Of a stretch of DNA of 64,000 bases, positions 1 to 7,257 are shown in pieces. The translations under genes were made by a program, and so were the position numbers. The notes under the pieces were generated by a model. That model saw only the letters and a list, made by a program, of their open reading frames with translations. It ran no database searches and was not told the origin of the DNA. The stretch covers positions 90-64,089 of IMG/VR virus record IMGVR_UViG_3300035220_000425. The stretch is one strand, 5' to 3'. The DNA comes from a virus (lineage: Duplodnaviria; Caudoviricetes). Positions within the stretch are counted from its first letter, which is position 1, and the number at the start of each line of letters is the position of its first letter.

Positions 1-210
1 GCCAGAGGGAGAGGCACACTGTCCTTCTGTAGCATTGGAGAGTGCTGCGCATGCGTTCTCTTGGCCAGCATCACACCATGTAGCGAGGTGGTCGAGCTTA
101 CTTGAGGCTACATACTTCTCGCTGGCAGAATTAATTAAGGAGCCAGAAATAATTACTGCAGAAAATACTGCAGCGACAGACAGGCAGGAGGGGAGGAGTG
201 AGTGGTTCAT
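1..210 (-). CDS. Hypothetical exported/membrane protein, runs off left edge (MNHSLLPSCLSVAAVFSAVIISGS...)
   Basis: Hand-translated open frame from ATG at 210 to window edge; hydrophobic N-terminus; sigma70-like promoter upstream. Confidence 0.6.
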   Translation of the reverse strand, partial: MNHSLLPSCLSVAAVFSAVIISGSLINSASEKYVASSKLDHLATWCDAGQENACAALSNATEGQCASPSG

Positions 211-236
211 GGGATGGTTCCCTTGGTGATGTGTAG

Positions 237-265
237 ATCGTAGCATGTCGATAGCTATGGAGCAA
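237..265 (-). promoter_or_regulatory. Sigma70-type promoter TTGCTC-17-TACGAT with extended -10 TG
   Basis: Reverse complement reads TTGCTC catagctatcgacatgc TACGAT, upstream of ATG 210. Confidence 0.55.
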
Positions 266-618
266 GTGCGATAGTGACTGGCATACCTGACGGTTGCTCA
301 CGATCATGAGTAAGCAAAGAGAGTATGTCAATCGTTCATTATATATAATTAGACTATGCCGCACTAGCAGTAGCGGTAGCGACTAGGCATGGGACACCAC
401 TGCTCTGTTTGTGACTCCCCCACCCCGACTCACTGGCTTGTGGCTCCTGACAGACCCCTCTGAAAATCTGAGCAATTTTCCAAAACAGCTTTTACGGCGA
501 GGGAGGGACCGAGGAGGGTATTAGGGATATGAGGGGGCAACCAGGAGGATGGGACTAGGGGTGGATGTTTACGTTGATGAGAGGAGAAGGGATGAGGAGC
601 GAAGGAGGGCATTATTAA

Positions 619-849
619 TTAGTAGAGTGATTTAAGGAGGTCACGTTGTTTCGGAGAGAGGAGGTTAATAGATTTGAGGAGAAGTTTTTTAGATTTATCA
701 GGACCGAGCATATGGTACATAATAGAGAGGATTTGTTTAGTGGAGATAATAGAAGGATGAGAGAGGTCTGGGAGTTTAGAGGAAGGGGAGGGGTAATAGT
801 TTACTGAGACGACGAGAGTTAGAGGTAGGACTAAGGAGGGAGGGAGCAA
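619..849 (-). CDS. Hypothetical protein
   Basis: ORF track only; lies in a highly skewed region; start uncertain. Confidence 0.3.
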   Translation of the reverse strand: MLPPSLVLPLTLVVSVNYYPSPSSKLPDLSHPSIISTKQILSIMYHMLGPDKSKKLLLKSINLLSPKQRDLLKSLY

Positions 850-909
850 GGGGAGTGGAGCATGTAAATATAGTTTAGTGGAAGAATAGGATACTAAAGG
901 TAAAATCCG

Positions 910-1311
910 ATGGCGAGTTTAGATCTTAGTTTAGGATGGGTGGGGGGAGATGTGGAGAGGATATTATTAGCATTAGGGGTAGGATTCAGTCGATATACGT
1001 TAAATGAGATGACGATTGGATGTAATGAGCTAGGGGCTATTGCATCAACTCAAGTGACAGTAGTACGAGTATTATTAGGGGAGTATGACACTGCGATGTT
1101 GCATCAAAAGAAGGCTGGGCATGAGGATGAAGCGGGAAAGATGCTAGTAAAGGCTGATGTATTGGAGTTTGAGAAAGAGAATGGCGGAAAATATGCGACT
1201 ATATTGAAAGAAAAGGCTAGGATTGTGGGTGAATTACAAAAAGTATTTGCATTTTCGAACATTATTGGATCAAGTACTGGTAATATAGGGTCAGTAACTT
1301 ATAGATCTTAA
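910..1311 (+). CDS. Putative virion protein, possible head-tail adaptor
   Basis: 133 aa with KADVLEF motif; late-type motif GGAAGAATAG at 880. Confidence 0.45.
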   Translation: MASLDLSLGWVGGDVERILLALGVGFSRYTLNEMTIGCNELGAIASTQVTVVRVLLGEYDTAMLHQKKAGHEDEAGKMLVKADVLEFEKENGGKYATILKEKARIVGELQKVFAFSNIIGSSTGNIGSVTYRS

Positions 1312-1315
1312 GACC

Positions 1316-1495
1316 ATGGGTATGGAGCATCCTGAGGCCGATCCTGAGATGAATAATTTAATTCAGTACGTACATAGTGTTGATATGTGCGATATATGGT
1401 GTACAGGGTGTGAAAGTTGGCAGAAGATGAATGCTAGCTATGCGAAGTATTTGAATGGTGAGATTGAGTCATGCGGGAGTTGCCGAAAGGTTTAA
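1316..1495 (+). CDS. Small Zn-finger-like protein, 59 aa (CxxC...CxxC)
   Basis: Hand translation MGMEHPEADP...WCTGCESW...ESCGSCRKV; below ORF-track cutoff. Confidence 0.6.
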   Translation: MGMEHPEADPEMNNLIQYVHSVDMCDIWCTGCESWQKMNASYAKYLNGEIESCGSCRKV

Positions 1496-1783
1496 AGGTT
1501 GGATCAAGTGCCACTGAGACTGGAGGGAGTTAAGCGCTTCCTGCATATGAAAAGGTGTTGTACCAATGTATTGATTGGTTTTACAGCACATCAGGAGTGA
1601 AGTTTCGTAAGATATCCTGTAAAGAGGTGAAGTCCAGTGGCAGATCAATTTATTTCGATAATTGTGGGAGAGAACGAAGGGCTCTTTGAGGATAACGACA
1701 ACAGCATTTCTTTCTTCGACAGCAAAATAGGATTCAACGCAAGGGGAATCGCTAACTTGATTCCAGGTGTATGGTGTCTTCAT
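1469..1783 (-). CDS. Hypothetical protein
   Basis: 104 aa ORF directly downstream of a near-consensus sigma70 promoter. Confidence 0.65.
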   Translation of the reverse strand: MKTPYTWNQVSDSPCVESYFAVEERNAVVVILKEPFVLSHNYRNKLICHWTSPLYRISYETSLLMCCKTNQYIGTTPFHMQEALNSLQSQWHLIQPLNLSATPA

Positions 1784-1803
1784 GGTAGCTGCGGGAAAAT
1801 GAG

Positions 1804-1832
1804 AGTATAAAGCTGATAGGAGTTTTTGTCAA
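1804..1832 (-). promoter_or_regulatory. Sigma70 promoter TTGACA-17-TATACT
   Basis: Reverse complement of AGTATA (1804-1809) and TGTCAA (1827-1832), 17-nt spacer. Confidence 0.8.
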
Positions 1833-1909
1833 TATCTTGGTTCAGAAATAAGTCATTTTTTTCATTATGAACGCCATAGAGGAGGGGAAGTATAGGTCAA
1901 AGCAGTCAG

Positions 1910-2134
1910 ATGATGCGAAAAAGCTGTTTGATCTATTTTTTGACTGTTTTTGGGATGAATAAGACCTATTGGAGGGTACTATATTGCTTAGTATTCTTTG
2001 TAGCTAGCTATAGTCTTGGTATGATCCTAGAAAATATAAGTAGCTGGGGTTATTTAAACCCATTAATCATAATGGCCTGGATTTCAGTTATGCCAGTATC
2101 AATAATTTGCTGGAAGATTGACAGTCAAGACTAA
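1910..2134 (+). CDS. Small membrane protein
   Basis: Hydrophobic segments; true start may be MNKTYW. Confidence 0.5.
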   Translation: MMRKSCLIYFLTVFGMNKTYWRVLYCLVFFVASYSLGMILENISSWGYLNPLIIMAWISVMPVSIICWKIDSQD

Positions 2135-2202
2135 TCTTTTGTCGTCAGCAGTGTTTGAAGGGCGGATAATACGCCTTTTGGCAATCTAGTATGTTCGGGA
2201 TG

Positions 2203-2225
2203 GACCCACTTCGGTGGGTTTTTTA
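2203..2225 (+). terminator. Intrinsic terminator with UUCG tetraloop
   Basis: ACCCAC-TTCG-GTGGGT followed by T run. Confidence 0.8.
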
Positions 2226-2255
2226 TTGGAAATATAGTGTGCATTATACAGTCTT

Positions 2256-2378
2256 ATGGAACAACAAGATCATTTTGAGTTAGCAGAGAGAGTTAATGGT
2301 CGAATTTCAATGCTAGGTGTAATTGCAGCTATTGGTGCTTACGCCATGACTGGTCAAATCATCCCTGGAGTATTCTAA
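2256..2378 (+). CDS. hli: High-light-inducible protein (HLIP), 40 aa
   Basis: MEQQDHFELAERVNGRISMLGVIAAIGAYAMTGQIIPGVF: AExxNGRxxMxG chlorophyll-binding motif plus TGQIIPGxF tail typical of phage-type HLIPs. Confidence 0.95.
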   Translation: MEQQDHFELAERVNGRISMLGVIAAIGAYAMTGQIIPGVF

Positions 2379-2458
2379 TGCCATACGGACCTGGAACATA
2401 CGGCACCAAAAAAGGTCGTCCACCCAAGAAAGGAGGGAAGAAAGGCACAAAGAAATAA
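2378..2458 (+). CDS. 26-aa basic peptide with AT-hook-like KKGRPPKK
   Basis: MPYGPGTYGTKKGRPPKKGGKKGTKK; ATG overlaps hli stop (TAATG); terminator follows. Confidence 0.75.
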   Translation: MPYGPGTYGTKKGRPPKKGGKKGTKK

Positions 2459-2463
2459 AAATT

Positions 2464-2496
2464 AAGACTCTTTCTTTTGAAGAAAGGGTCTTTTTC
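2464..2496 (+). terminator. Intrinsic terminator after hli operon
   Basis: AAGACTCTTTC...GAAAGGGTCTT followed by T run. Confidence 0.65.
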
Positions 2497-2530
2497 TTGA
2501 GGTAAAATATGCATAGTTTCAAAAATTTTC

Positions 2531-2812
2531 GTGCTTTACCTCTTTCACAAATCGGCTTGTGGCCCTTGTCAAGTCGTTGACGAATTTATTGAAAAAACTG
2601 GAGACACTAGAGTCGACAGAATAGTAAAAGTCAATCTCGAGGAAGGCGTAGCGACAGAAGAAGAGATTCAGATCGGAACAAAGTATGGGATTATAGCAAC
2701 TCCTGTCTTAACTGTCACTAATCATGATGATGTTGTCGTAGAAGAGCACGTAGGGGCTCTGAGCATCACTAGAAATCTAAGGAGAATATTAGAACTTCGG
2801 CTAGGAGCTTGA
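2531..2812 (+). CDS. Thioredoxin/glutaredoxin-fold protein
   Basis: CGPC active site and cis-Pro motif YGIIATP. Confidence 0.85.
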   Translation: MLYLFHKSACGPCQVVDEFIEKTGDTRVDRIVKVNLEEGVATEEEIQIGTKYGIIATPVLTVTNHDDVVVEEHVGALSITRNLRRILELRLGA

Positions 2813-2841
2813 CAGTTAAGAGTTTATACCTAATATGGTTT

Positions 2842-2872
2842 CAGGAGGTCCGTGGGGAGCCTCCTTTTTTTT
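2842..2872 (+). terminator. Intrinsic terminator
   Basis: AGGAGG...CCTCCT stem followed by T run. Confidence 0.7.
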
Positions 2873-2918
2873 GTCCGATCGCATTAGTAGATACACTGAA
2901 ATAGCGTCTAATTATTTA

Positions 2919-3350
2919 GTGGGCTTATTCGATCTGTTCTATTCTTCTTGTGAGCTAGAAGAATTCACAAGTATTCAGTGTCAAACTAAAAGCATGGAAT
3001 CAGAGATAGGCGGAACTTTGTCACAGTTCTGGCTGGCTCCAAATGGCATTCTTTATGTCATTGACTATAGTCACACCTCTGATTTTATAGAGATAGGTCC
3101 AGAGGATCCTCGTTACGATAAAGGGGCTAAGGCAAGCATCTATCGAGGCAATCAGTATCGGTGGCAGCCAAACGGTAATCATGGGAGAGTTCGATTCTAC
3201 CCTAAAACTGACTTCATAGAGATTTATCCTGATTCTTATGTAGGGGGATGGGAAAATTCACCTATTGCCCGGTTGCATTTTCTTGAAGGGGTGCTACAAG
3301 GTTATTGCATTTCAACAAAGGGCAAAGGATTTGACCATTCAGAGTTTTAA
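2919..3350 (+). CDS. Conserved phage hypothetical protein (MGLFD...CQTK...FWLAPNG)
   Basis: In-frame GTG at 2919 gives an MGxFD start; the track's start at 2835 lies upstream of a terminator. Confidence 0.7.
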   Translation: MGLFDLFYSSCELEEFTSIQCQTKSMESEIGGTLSQFWLAPNGILYVIDYSHTSDFIEIGPEDPRYDKGAKASIYRGNQYRWQPNGNHGRVRFYPKTDFIEIYPDSYVGGWENSPIARLHFLEGVLQGYCISTKGKGFDHSEF

Positions 3351-3363
3351 GGGCGTACATAAG

Positions 3364-3624
3364 ATGACAATTAACATTTACGATAGATTTGACGAGGCTT
3401 ACTCTAAAGAGCTCAGAAGCGTCTCAGTCGATCAAAAACTCTCATTAGTCCAGATGCAAGCCATGACCATTGCAGCGGCAGCAGAGGCTCTTGCGGACAC
3501 TTCTGACGGTCTTATAAACATTGAAGACCTGTATACAATTGTCACGGGGCTTTACGAGGAACATTATGAGTTCGAAAGGCTTATGAAACTCCACTACAAA
3601 AATAAAACCAATCGTCAATGGTAG
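3364..3624 (+). CDS. Hypothetical protein
   Basis: ATG 3364 within track ORF 3265..3624 avoids overlap with the previous gene. Confidence 0.6.
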   Translation: MTINIYDRFDEAYSKELRSVSVDQKLSLVQMQAMTIAAAAEALADTSDGLINIEDLYTIVTGLYEEHYEFERLMKLHYKNKTNRQW

Positions 3625-3627
3625 AAT
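3619..3627 (+). promoter_or_regulatory. Extended -10 promoter TGgTAGAAT for the riboswitch transcript
   Basis: TG-N-TAGAAT ends 7 nt before the first aptamer. Confidence 0.6.
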
Positions 3628-3633
3628 AAAGTA

Positions 3634-3858
3634 CGTTCACCTCGAAAGAGGCGGAAGTAAGACAACGCGGAACGGGTCCGTTCATTCCATGTTGGAATTT
3701 TTAATTGCCTCTATCGTCTCTTGCTCAGACGCTAAAGATGTCATAGACAGGGTTCTGCTTAACGAATCTTTGTCAAATAGCACCAAAGCCGAATTAGTAA
3801 GTGAATTGATCAAGCATTCGAAATGTGACAGGAACGCAACCGTTGACTGAAGGAACGC
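3634..3858 (+). ncRNA. Tandem glutamine riboswitch (glnA-like / Downstream-peptide motif)
   Basis: Unit 1: CGTTCA-CCTC-GAAA-GAGG-CGGAAGTAAG-ACAACG-CGGAACGG (3634-3676). Unit 2: CGTTCA-TTCC...GGAA-CGCAA-CCGTTGAC-TGAAGGAACGC (3679-3858). Lies upstream of a YRG peptide. Confidence 0.85.
3689..3850 (+). CDS. 53-aa protein encoded within the loop of riboswitch aptamer 2
   Basis: MLEFLIASIVSCSDAKDVIDRVLLNESLSNSTKAELVSELIKHSKCDRNATVD; the stop TGA is part of the conserved TGAAGGAACG. Confidence 0.7.
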   Translation: MLEFLIASIVSCSDAKDVIDRVLLNESLSNSTKAELVSELIKHSKCDRNATVD

Positions 3859-3896
3859 GCTTTTGGTGTAAAATTCACTTCTAGCGGAGCTTTCTC

Positions 3897-4037
3897 ATGT
3901 CTACACTGACTTATCGTGGTACACAGTACCAAACTAGATCAAACTATAACGAACTTCTCCTCATTCGCAAGAAGTTGAAGCAGCAGGAAAAAGAAATCCA
4001 AGTCCTGAAACAAATTGCTCGGGCTCAATACGATTAA
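3897..4037 (+). CDS. DUF4278-like 'downstream peptide', 46 aa
   Basis: MSTLTYRGTQY...; LTYRGxxY motif, GGAG RBS, directly behind the riboswitch. Confidence 0.85.
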   Translation: MSTLTYRGTQYQTRSNYNELLLIRKKLKQQEKEIQVLKQIARAQYD

Positions 4038-4046
4038 ACCACTAAA

Positions 4047-4071
4047 CAGGCCCTTTTGGGCCTGGTTTTTT
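4047..4071 (+). terminator. Intrinsic terminator
   Basis: CAGGCCC-TTTT-GGGCCTG plus T run. Confidence 0.85.
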
Positions 4072-4112
4072 CCTCCGTTAGACTTTTGGAAGACTAATTC
4101 AATGGTGCCAGC

Positions 4113-4424
4113 ATGAGCGCAGAGGACCAGAAAAAGAAGACTTTGTATCTTTTTAGGACTGGAGAAACAACATGCGTTTCTCATGATAGTTATATTCAGA
4201 TGGGAGCCATGTCTCATTCTGTTGAGCATCATATTAAACTAAATCCAAAAATTAATTGGGTAGAAACACACTGGTTGCCTGACATCTTCAAAAACAGATA
4301 CAAACGGGCCTCGTTTCAGGCTCATGAGAGAGTATCGGGAGGAAAAGAAAGCATTGAAGAGAGACCTCGAGATTTTCCGGAGGAAGGAGCGTCAAGAGGT
4401 CTATTGAGTGGTAAACCTATTTAA
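4113..4424 (+). CDS. Hypothetical phage protein
   Basis: 103 aa; late-type motif GGAAGACTAA at 4088. Confidence 0.65.
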   Translation: MSAEDQKKKTLYLFRTGETTCVSHDSYIQMGAMSHSVEHHIKLNPKINWVETHWLPDIFKNRYKRASFQAHERVSGGKESIEERPRDFPEEGASRGLLSGKPI

Positions 4425-4451
4425 AATTTGGAAAAATAGACTAGGCATCGT

Positions 4452-4961
4452 GTGATCATGGCCAGTCCTCTATTAGCATATGCCAATTCCCGAGTCAGGG
4501 TAAATATAACCGATGTAGTAGTAAGAGACGCAAACGGTCGATTGACTGTTAATGATACGAGCTACTATTTAGTTGTTTGTTATTTAAAAAGAACTCAATA
4601 TTCTGGGGTGACCTCTGGATCAAGAAAGATCCCATTAGCCTCTGAACTGTTTGGGGAAATGCTTCCAGGCGCGAGTGCCGATGAGTTTTACTACAGAGGA
4701 TATGCACTGCAGTATGTGGCTATAGCAGCAGATGATGACTGGACTTCGATGGATTTAGTGCAGTCCAGTATGACCGACATAAGTACAAATCAAAGCTATT
4801 TTCAGCCAATGAAGGAAGTTGATCTTTTCTTTGGAGCCGAGGAGATGAGAGCAACTATTCAAAGGTGTACTGGAGTCTTTGGGGGAGAAGGTATAGACAA
4901 AATTATCTATCCAAGTATCGGACTACAATTACAACTAACTGCTGCAGAAATACTTAATTAA
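4452..4961 (+). CDS. Putative head closure/neck protein
   Basis: Size and position before a gp10-like gene; likely start ATG 4458. Confidence 0.5.
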   Translation: MIMASPLLAYANSRVRVNITDVVVRDANGRLTVNDTSYYLVVCYLKRTQYSGVTSGSRKIPLASELFGEMLPGASADEFYYRGYALQYVAIAADDDWTSMDLVQSSMTDISTNQSYFQPMKEVDLFFGAEEMRATIQRCTGVFGGEGIDKIIYPSIGLQLQLTAAEILN

Positions 4962-4966
4962 GTGAC

Positions 4967-5542
4967 ATGGCAAATAAATCAATACGTAAAGTTATTAAAA
5001 ATTTAGAACAATTGCAGCGAGAAATGAAAAGACTTGAGAGGAAAGAAAAATTCAAGATACCAAGCCCTGCGCCAGATATTAAAGGGATAGGCCTTAACAA
5101 AGTGCTGAATGAATTTCGTGACTTAGTTAAAACTATAGAAGGGATGGAGGAAATCTTTGAAGAATGTGTAGACCAGGCTGCTGAAGAAATTATTCCTTTG
5201 TTGTCTGAGGCCCTTGACGAGGCTATGGAATCGTCTATTTGGCCTTGGGATGGCTCAACTCGGGACATTGTCGATACGGGCGCTCTCAGGGACTCTAAAG
5301 ACGTTTCTTGGAACAGTGGAAAGAAGTCTATTGTGATTCAATACAATGAACCGTACGCTGACTTAGTCCAGTATGGCGGATATATTAAGTCTGGATATAA
5401 CCCGAAGGTATCAATATACATTCCTCCTCGGCCATGGATTGATGCAGTCATTTATGGGGGGCATGGTATTCAACAATTCCCTTTTTACGAGTTAGTGCAA
5501 CGTCGAGCTATGGAGTTATTGAATAAAAAGATTGAACTGTAA
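4967..5542 (+). CDS. HK97 gp10-like neck/tail completion protein
   Basis: DIVDTGALRDS, PYAxxVxYG and PPRPW motifs. Confidence 0.75.
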   Translation: MANKSIRKVIKNLEQLQREMKRLERKEKFKIPSPAPDIKGIGLNKVLNEFRDLVKTIEGMEEIFEECVDQAAEEIIPLLSEALDEAMESSIWPWDGSTRDIVDTGALRDSKDVSWNSGKKSIVIQYNEPYADLVQYGGYIKSGYNPKVSIYIPPRPWIDAVIYGGHGIQQFPFYELVQRRAMELLNKKIEL

Positions 5543-5548
5543 GTTTCT

Positions 5549-5558
5549 GGAACACTAG
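5549..5558 (+). promoter_or_regulatory. Representative late-promoter motif GGAACACTAG (consensus GGMANNMTA)
   Basis: One of about 20 copies located 25-35 nt before start codons; see finding. Confidence 0.7.
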
Positions 5559-5576
5559 CGTGCTTTTGTCAAGCAT

Positions 5577-6128
5577 ATGCGAACTTTACCTTTTATTGTC
5601 AAACCAAAAGTTAAGTCTTTTATTGAAAAAATCGGAAACGAATCTATCGGGATTATCGAGATCGAAAGAAGAGGTTTCTTGAATGTTTCTGAAAAAGCTT
5701 TCGTAGATCAGGTCTCTCAAAGCGCCGAAACAGTCGCTACGACTGTAGCTTTAGCCACTAAACTGTCGAGCAAAACAAAAAAGACAGTAGAAGAGTGTTA
5801 CACTGCAATCATGGAAGCGGTGCAAGGGATTAGCGACAATAAATTCGCGATGAAAATTAAAGAAGAATATCCGGAAGAGCTCGGGTCAATTATGGCGGCC
5901 TTGATTGAAACAGCGAGCAAGCGAAATCTGGCTTGTGCCAACATCCTGCTTGTCAGCAGAATCGATCCAGAGTGGGGCATTGACGACACCATGGACCAGC
6001 ATCCAGAGATGATTGACGCCCTGGCCGCTTTTTACAATGAAGAGGAACGTGGATATATGGGCGAGCCTGAGTCTTCGGAGCAGAATCCTGACGGAGGAGA
6101 AGATGTCGCTGACATTGTGGGAAAGTAA
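5577..6128 (+). CDS. Tail assembly chaperone (gpG-like)
   Basis: Ends G GGA AAG TAA, the lambda G-T slippery heptamer. Confidence 0.75.
   Translation: MRTLPFIVKPKVKSFIEKIGNESIGIIEIERRGFLNVSEKAFVDQVSQSAETVATTVALATKLSSKTKKTVEECYTAIMEAVQGISDNKFAMKIKEEYPEELGSIMAALIETASKRNLACANILLVSRIDPEWGIDDTMDQHPEMIDALAAFYNEEERGYMGEPESSEQNPDGGEDVADIVGK
6119..6125 (+). other. Programmed -1 ribosomal frameshift site GGGAAAG
   Basis: The -1 frame is open from here into ORF 6233..6757. Confidence 0.85.
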
Positions 6129-6757
6129 AGAGAGGAGAACATCAAGAGACTGTAGATTTTGAGTATTTATTCTGGGAGCTAAAATCCGGTTACCCCGGTG
6201 ATAGTGAGTTTTCTTATTCTAATTTTTGGAGCTTGCCTTATCTTTACGTTGTTGATGCCTTTCAGAATCTTAAGAAGAAAGAGCAACTGCGATATCATAA
6301 CAATGAAGCACCTGTAGCGCTGTTAACGTCCTTGACAGCCAATTTGAACAGAGACGCAAAGAAGAGAAGAGAACCTTACACTATTGAGGACTTTTTTCTG
6401 TTTCAGCCAAAAGATTTCAAAGACGGCCCAGCACAGTCTTATGGATCGGCTGCTATGGCTCTTGTCGAATTGGAACTATTCCCTTCATGGGCATTGTTTG
6501 TATACAAGGCTTTAAAAGAATCCTCAGAAGGAAACGCTCCGAGCTTATTGGCCTTTATCTGCGAAGACGCAATATTATTAGCCCCCAGGGAAAATCATGA
6601 GAACAGTATCAAGTCGATGTTTATCGGACTAGAATCAGCTAGTGGGGCAAGGAGAAAGATGAAATCTCCTTGCGGTCTTGAGGTTTACATGCAACTGCCG
6701 AAGGCAAATGGCAAAGCTTTTGCAGAAGAAGACGTTATTAGTTACGTCATTAGCTAA
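6125..6757 (+). CDS. Frameshift extension of tail assembly chaperone (gpT-like part of G-T)
   Basis: VKRGEHQETVDFEYLFWELK...LPYLYVV reads without a stop; the track's TTG start is probably not used. Confidence 0.75.
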   Translation, partial: VKRGEHQETVDFEYLFWELKSGYPGDSEFSYSNFWSLPYLYVVDAFQNLKKKEQLRYHNNEAPVALLTSLTANLNRDAKKRREPYTIEDFFLFQPKDFKDGPAQSYGSAAMALVELELFPSWALFVYKALKESSEGNAPSLLAFICEDAILLAPRENHENSIKSMFIGLESASGARRKMKSPCGLEVYMQLPKANGKAFAEEDVISYVIS

Positions 6758-7232
6758 CTCTTTCGTAAAAAGTTTCGTAATGGTAAGAGCCAATTCTTCC
6801 AGTACGAAGCCACTCTTTGATCAGAATCTCTGTCTCCATTGAGTAAAATGGTTGCATTCTGAACCATGCAATCCAGTTTTCGCTGCCTTTGTTTGCATTG
6901 CAACTCCGACATGCTGGAATACAATTTTTGGTTACATCCTCGCCTCCTTTACATTTGGGCTTAACATGGTCAAGAGTTAAACTTTTTGAATCTATTGGAG
7001 TTGCTCCACAGTAAGCGCATTGGTTGTTCCAGGCCTCTCTAATCGCTTTTCTCCAAAGCCTTTTAGCATCTTTTGAATTCATAGCCTCTAGGTTGTAAAG
7101 GTAATCTTTAGCCATATCTCTTGGCCAAATTAAGAGGCTCGTTATCATTGTTGCGGAAACAAAGAAACGATGACTCGATCGAACGTCATAAGCATTTCCG
7201 CATCTGCCTTTATTGTTCCTTATATGGCACAC
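6750..7232 (-). CDS. HNH endonuclease (likely start MAKDY at 7115)
   Basis: CAYCG...TLDHVKPKCKGG...NCIPACRSCNANKG. Confidence 0.9.
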   Translation of the reverse strand: MCHIRNNKGRCGNAYDVRSSHRFFVSATMITSLLIWPRDMAKDYLYNLEAMNSKDAKRLWRKAIREAWNNQCAYCGATPIDSKSLTLDHVKPKCKGGEDVTKNCIPACRSCNANKGSENWIAWFRMQPFYSMETEILIKEWLRTGRIGSYHYETFYERVS

Positions 7233-7257
7233 TAGAACGCAATGATAACGTAGAAAA

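Noticed and set aside
2313-2522. Minus-strand 69-aa ORF
   Set aside because: Antisense to hli and the basic peptide
2531-2812. Thioredoxin as a disulfide-forming enzyme for the Cys-rich hub
   Set aside because: CGPC is the reducing-type motif; serving NrdJ is the simpler explanation
2835-2918. N-terminal extension of ORF 2835..3350
   Set aside because: Spans a terminator; GTG 2919 is the more plausible start
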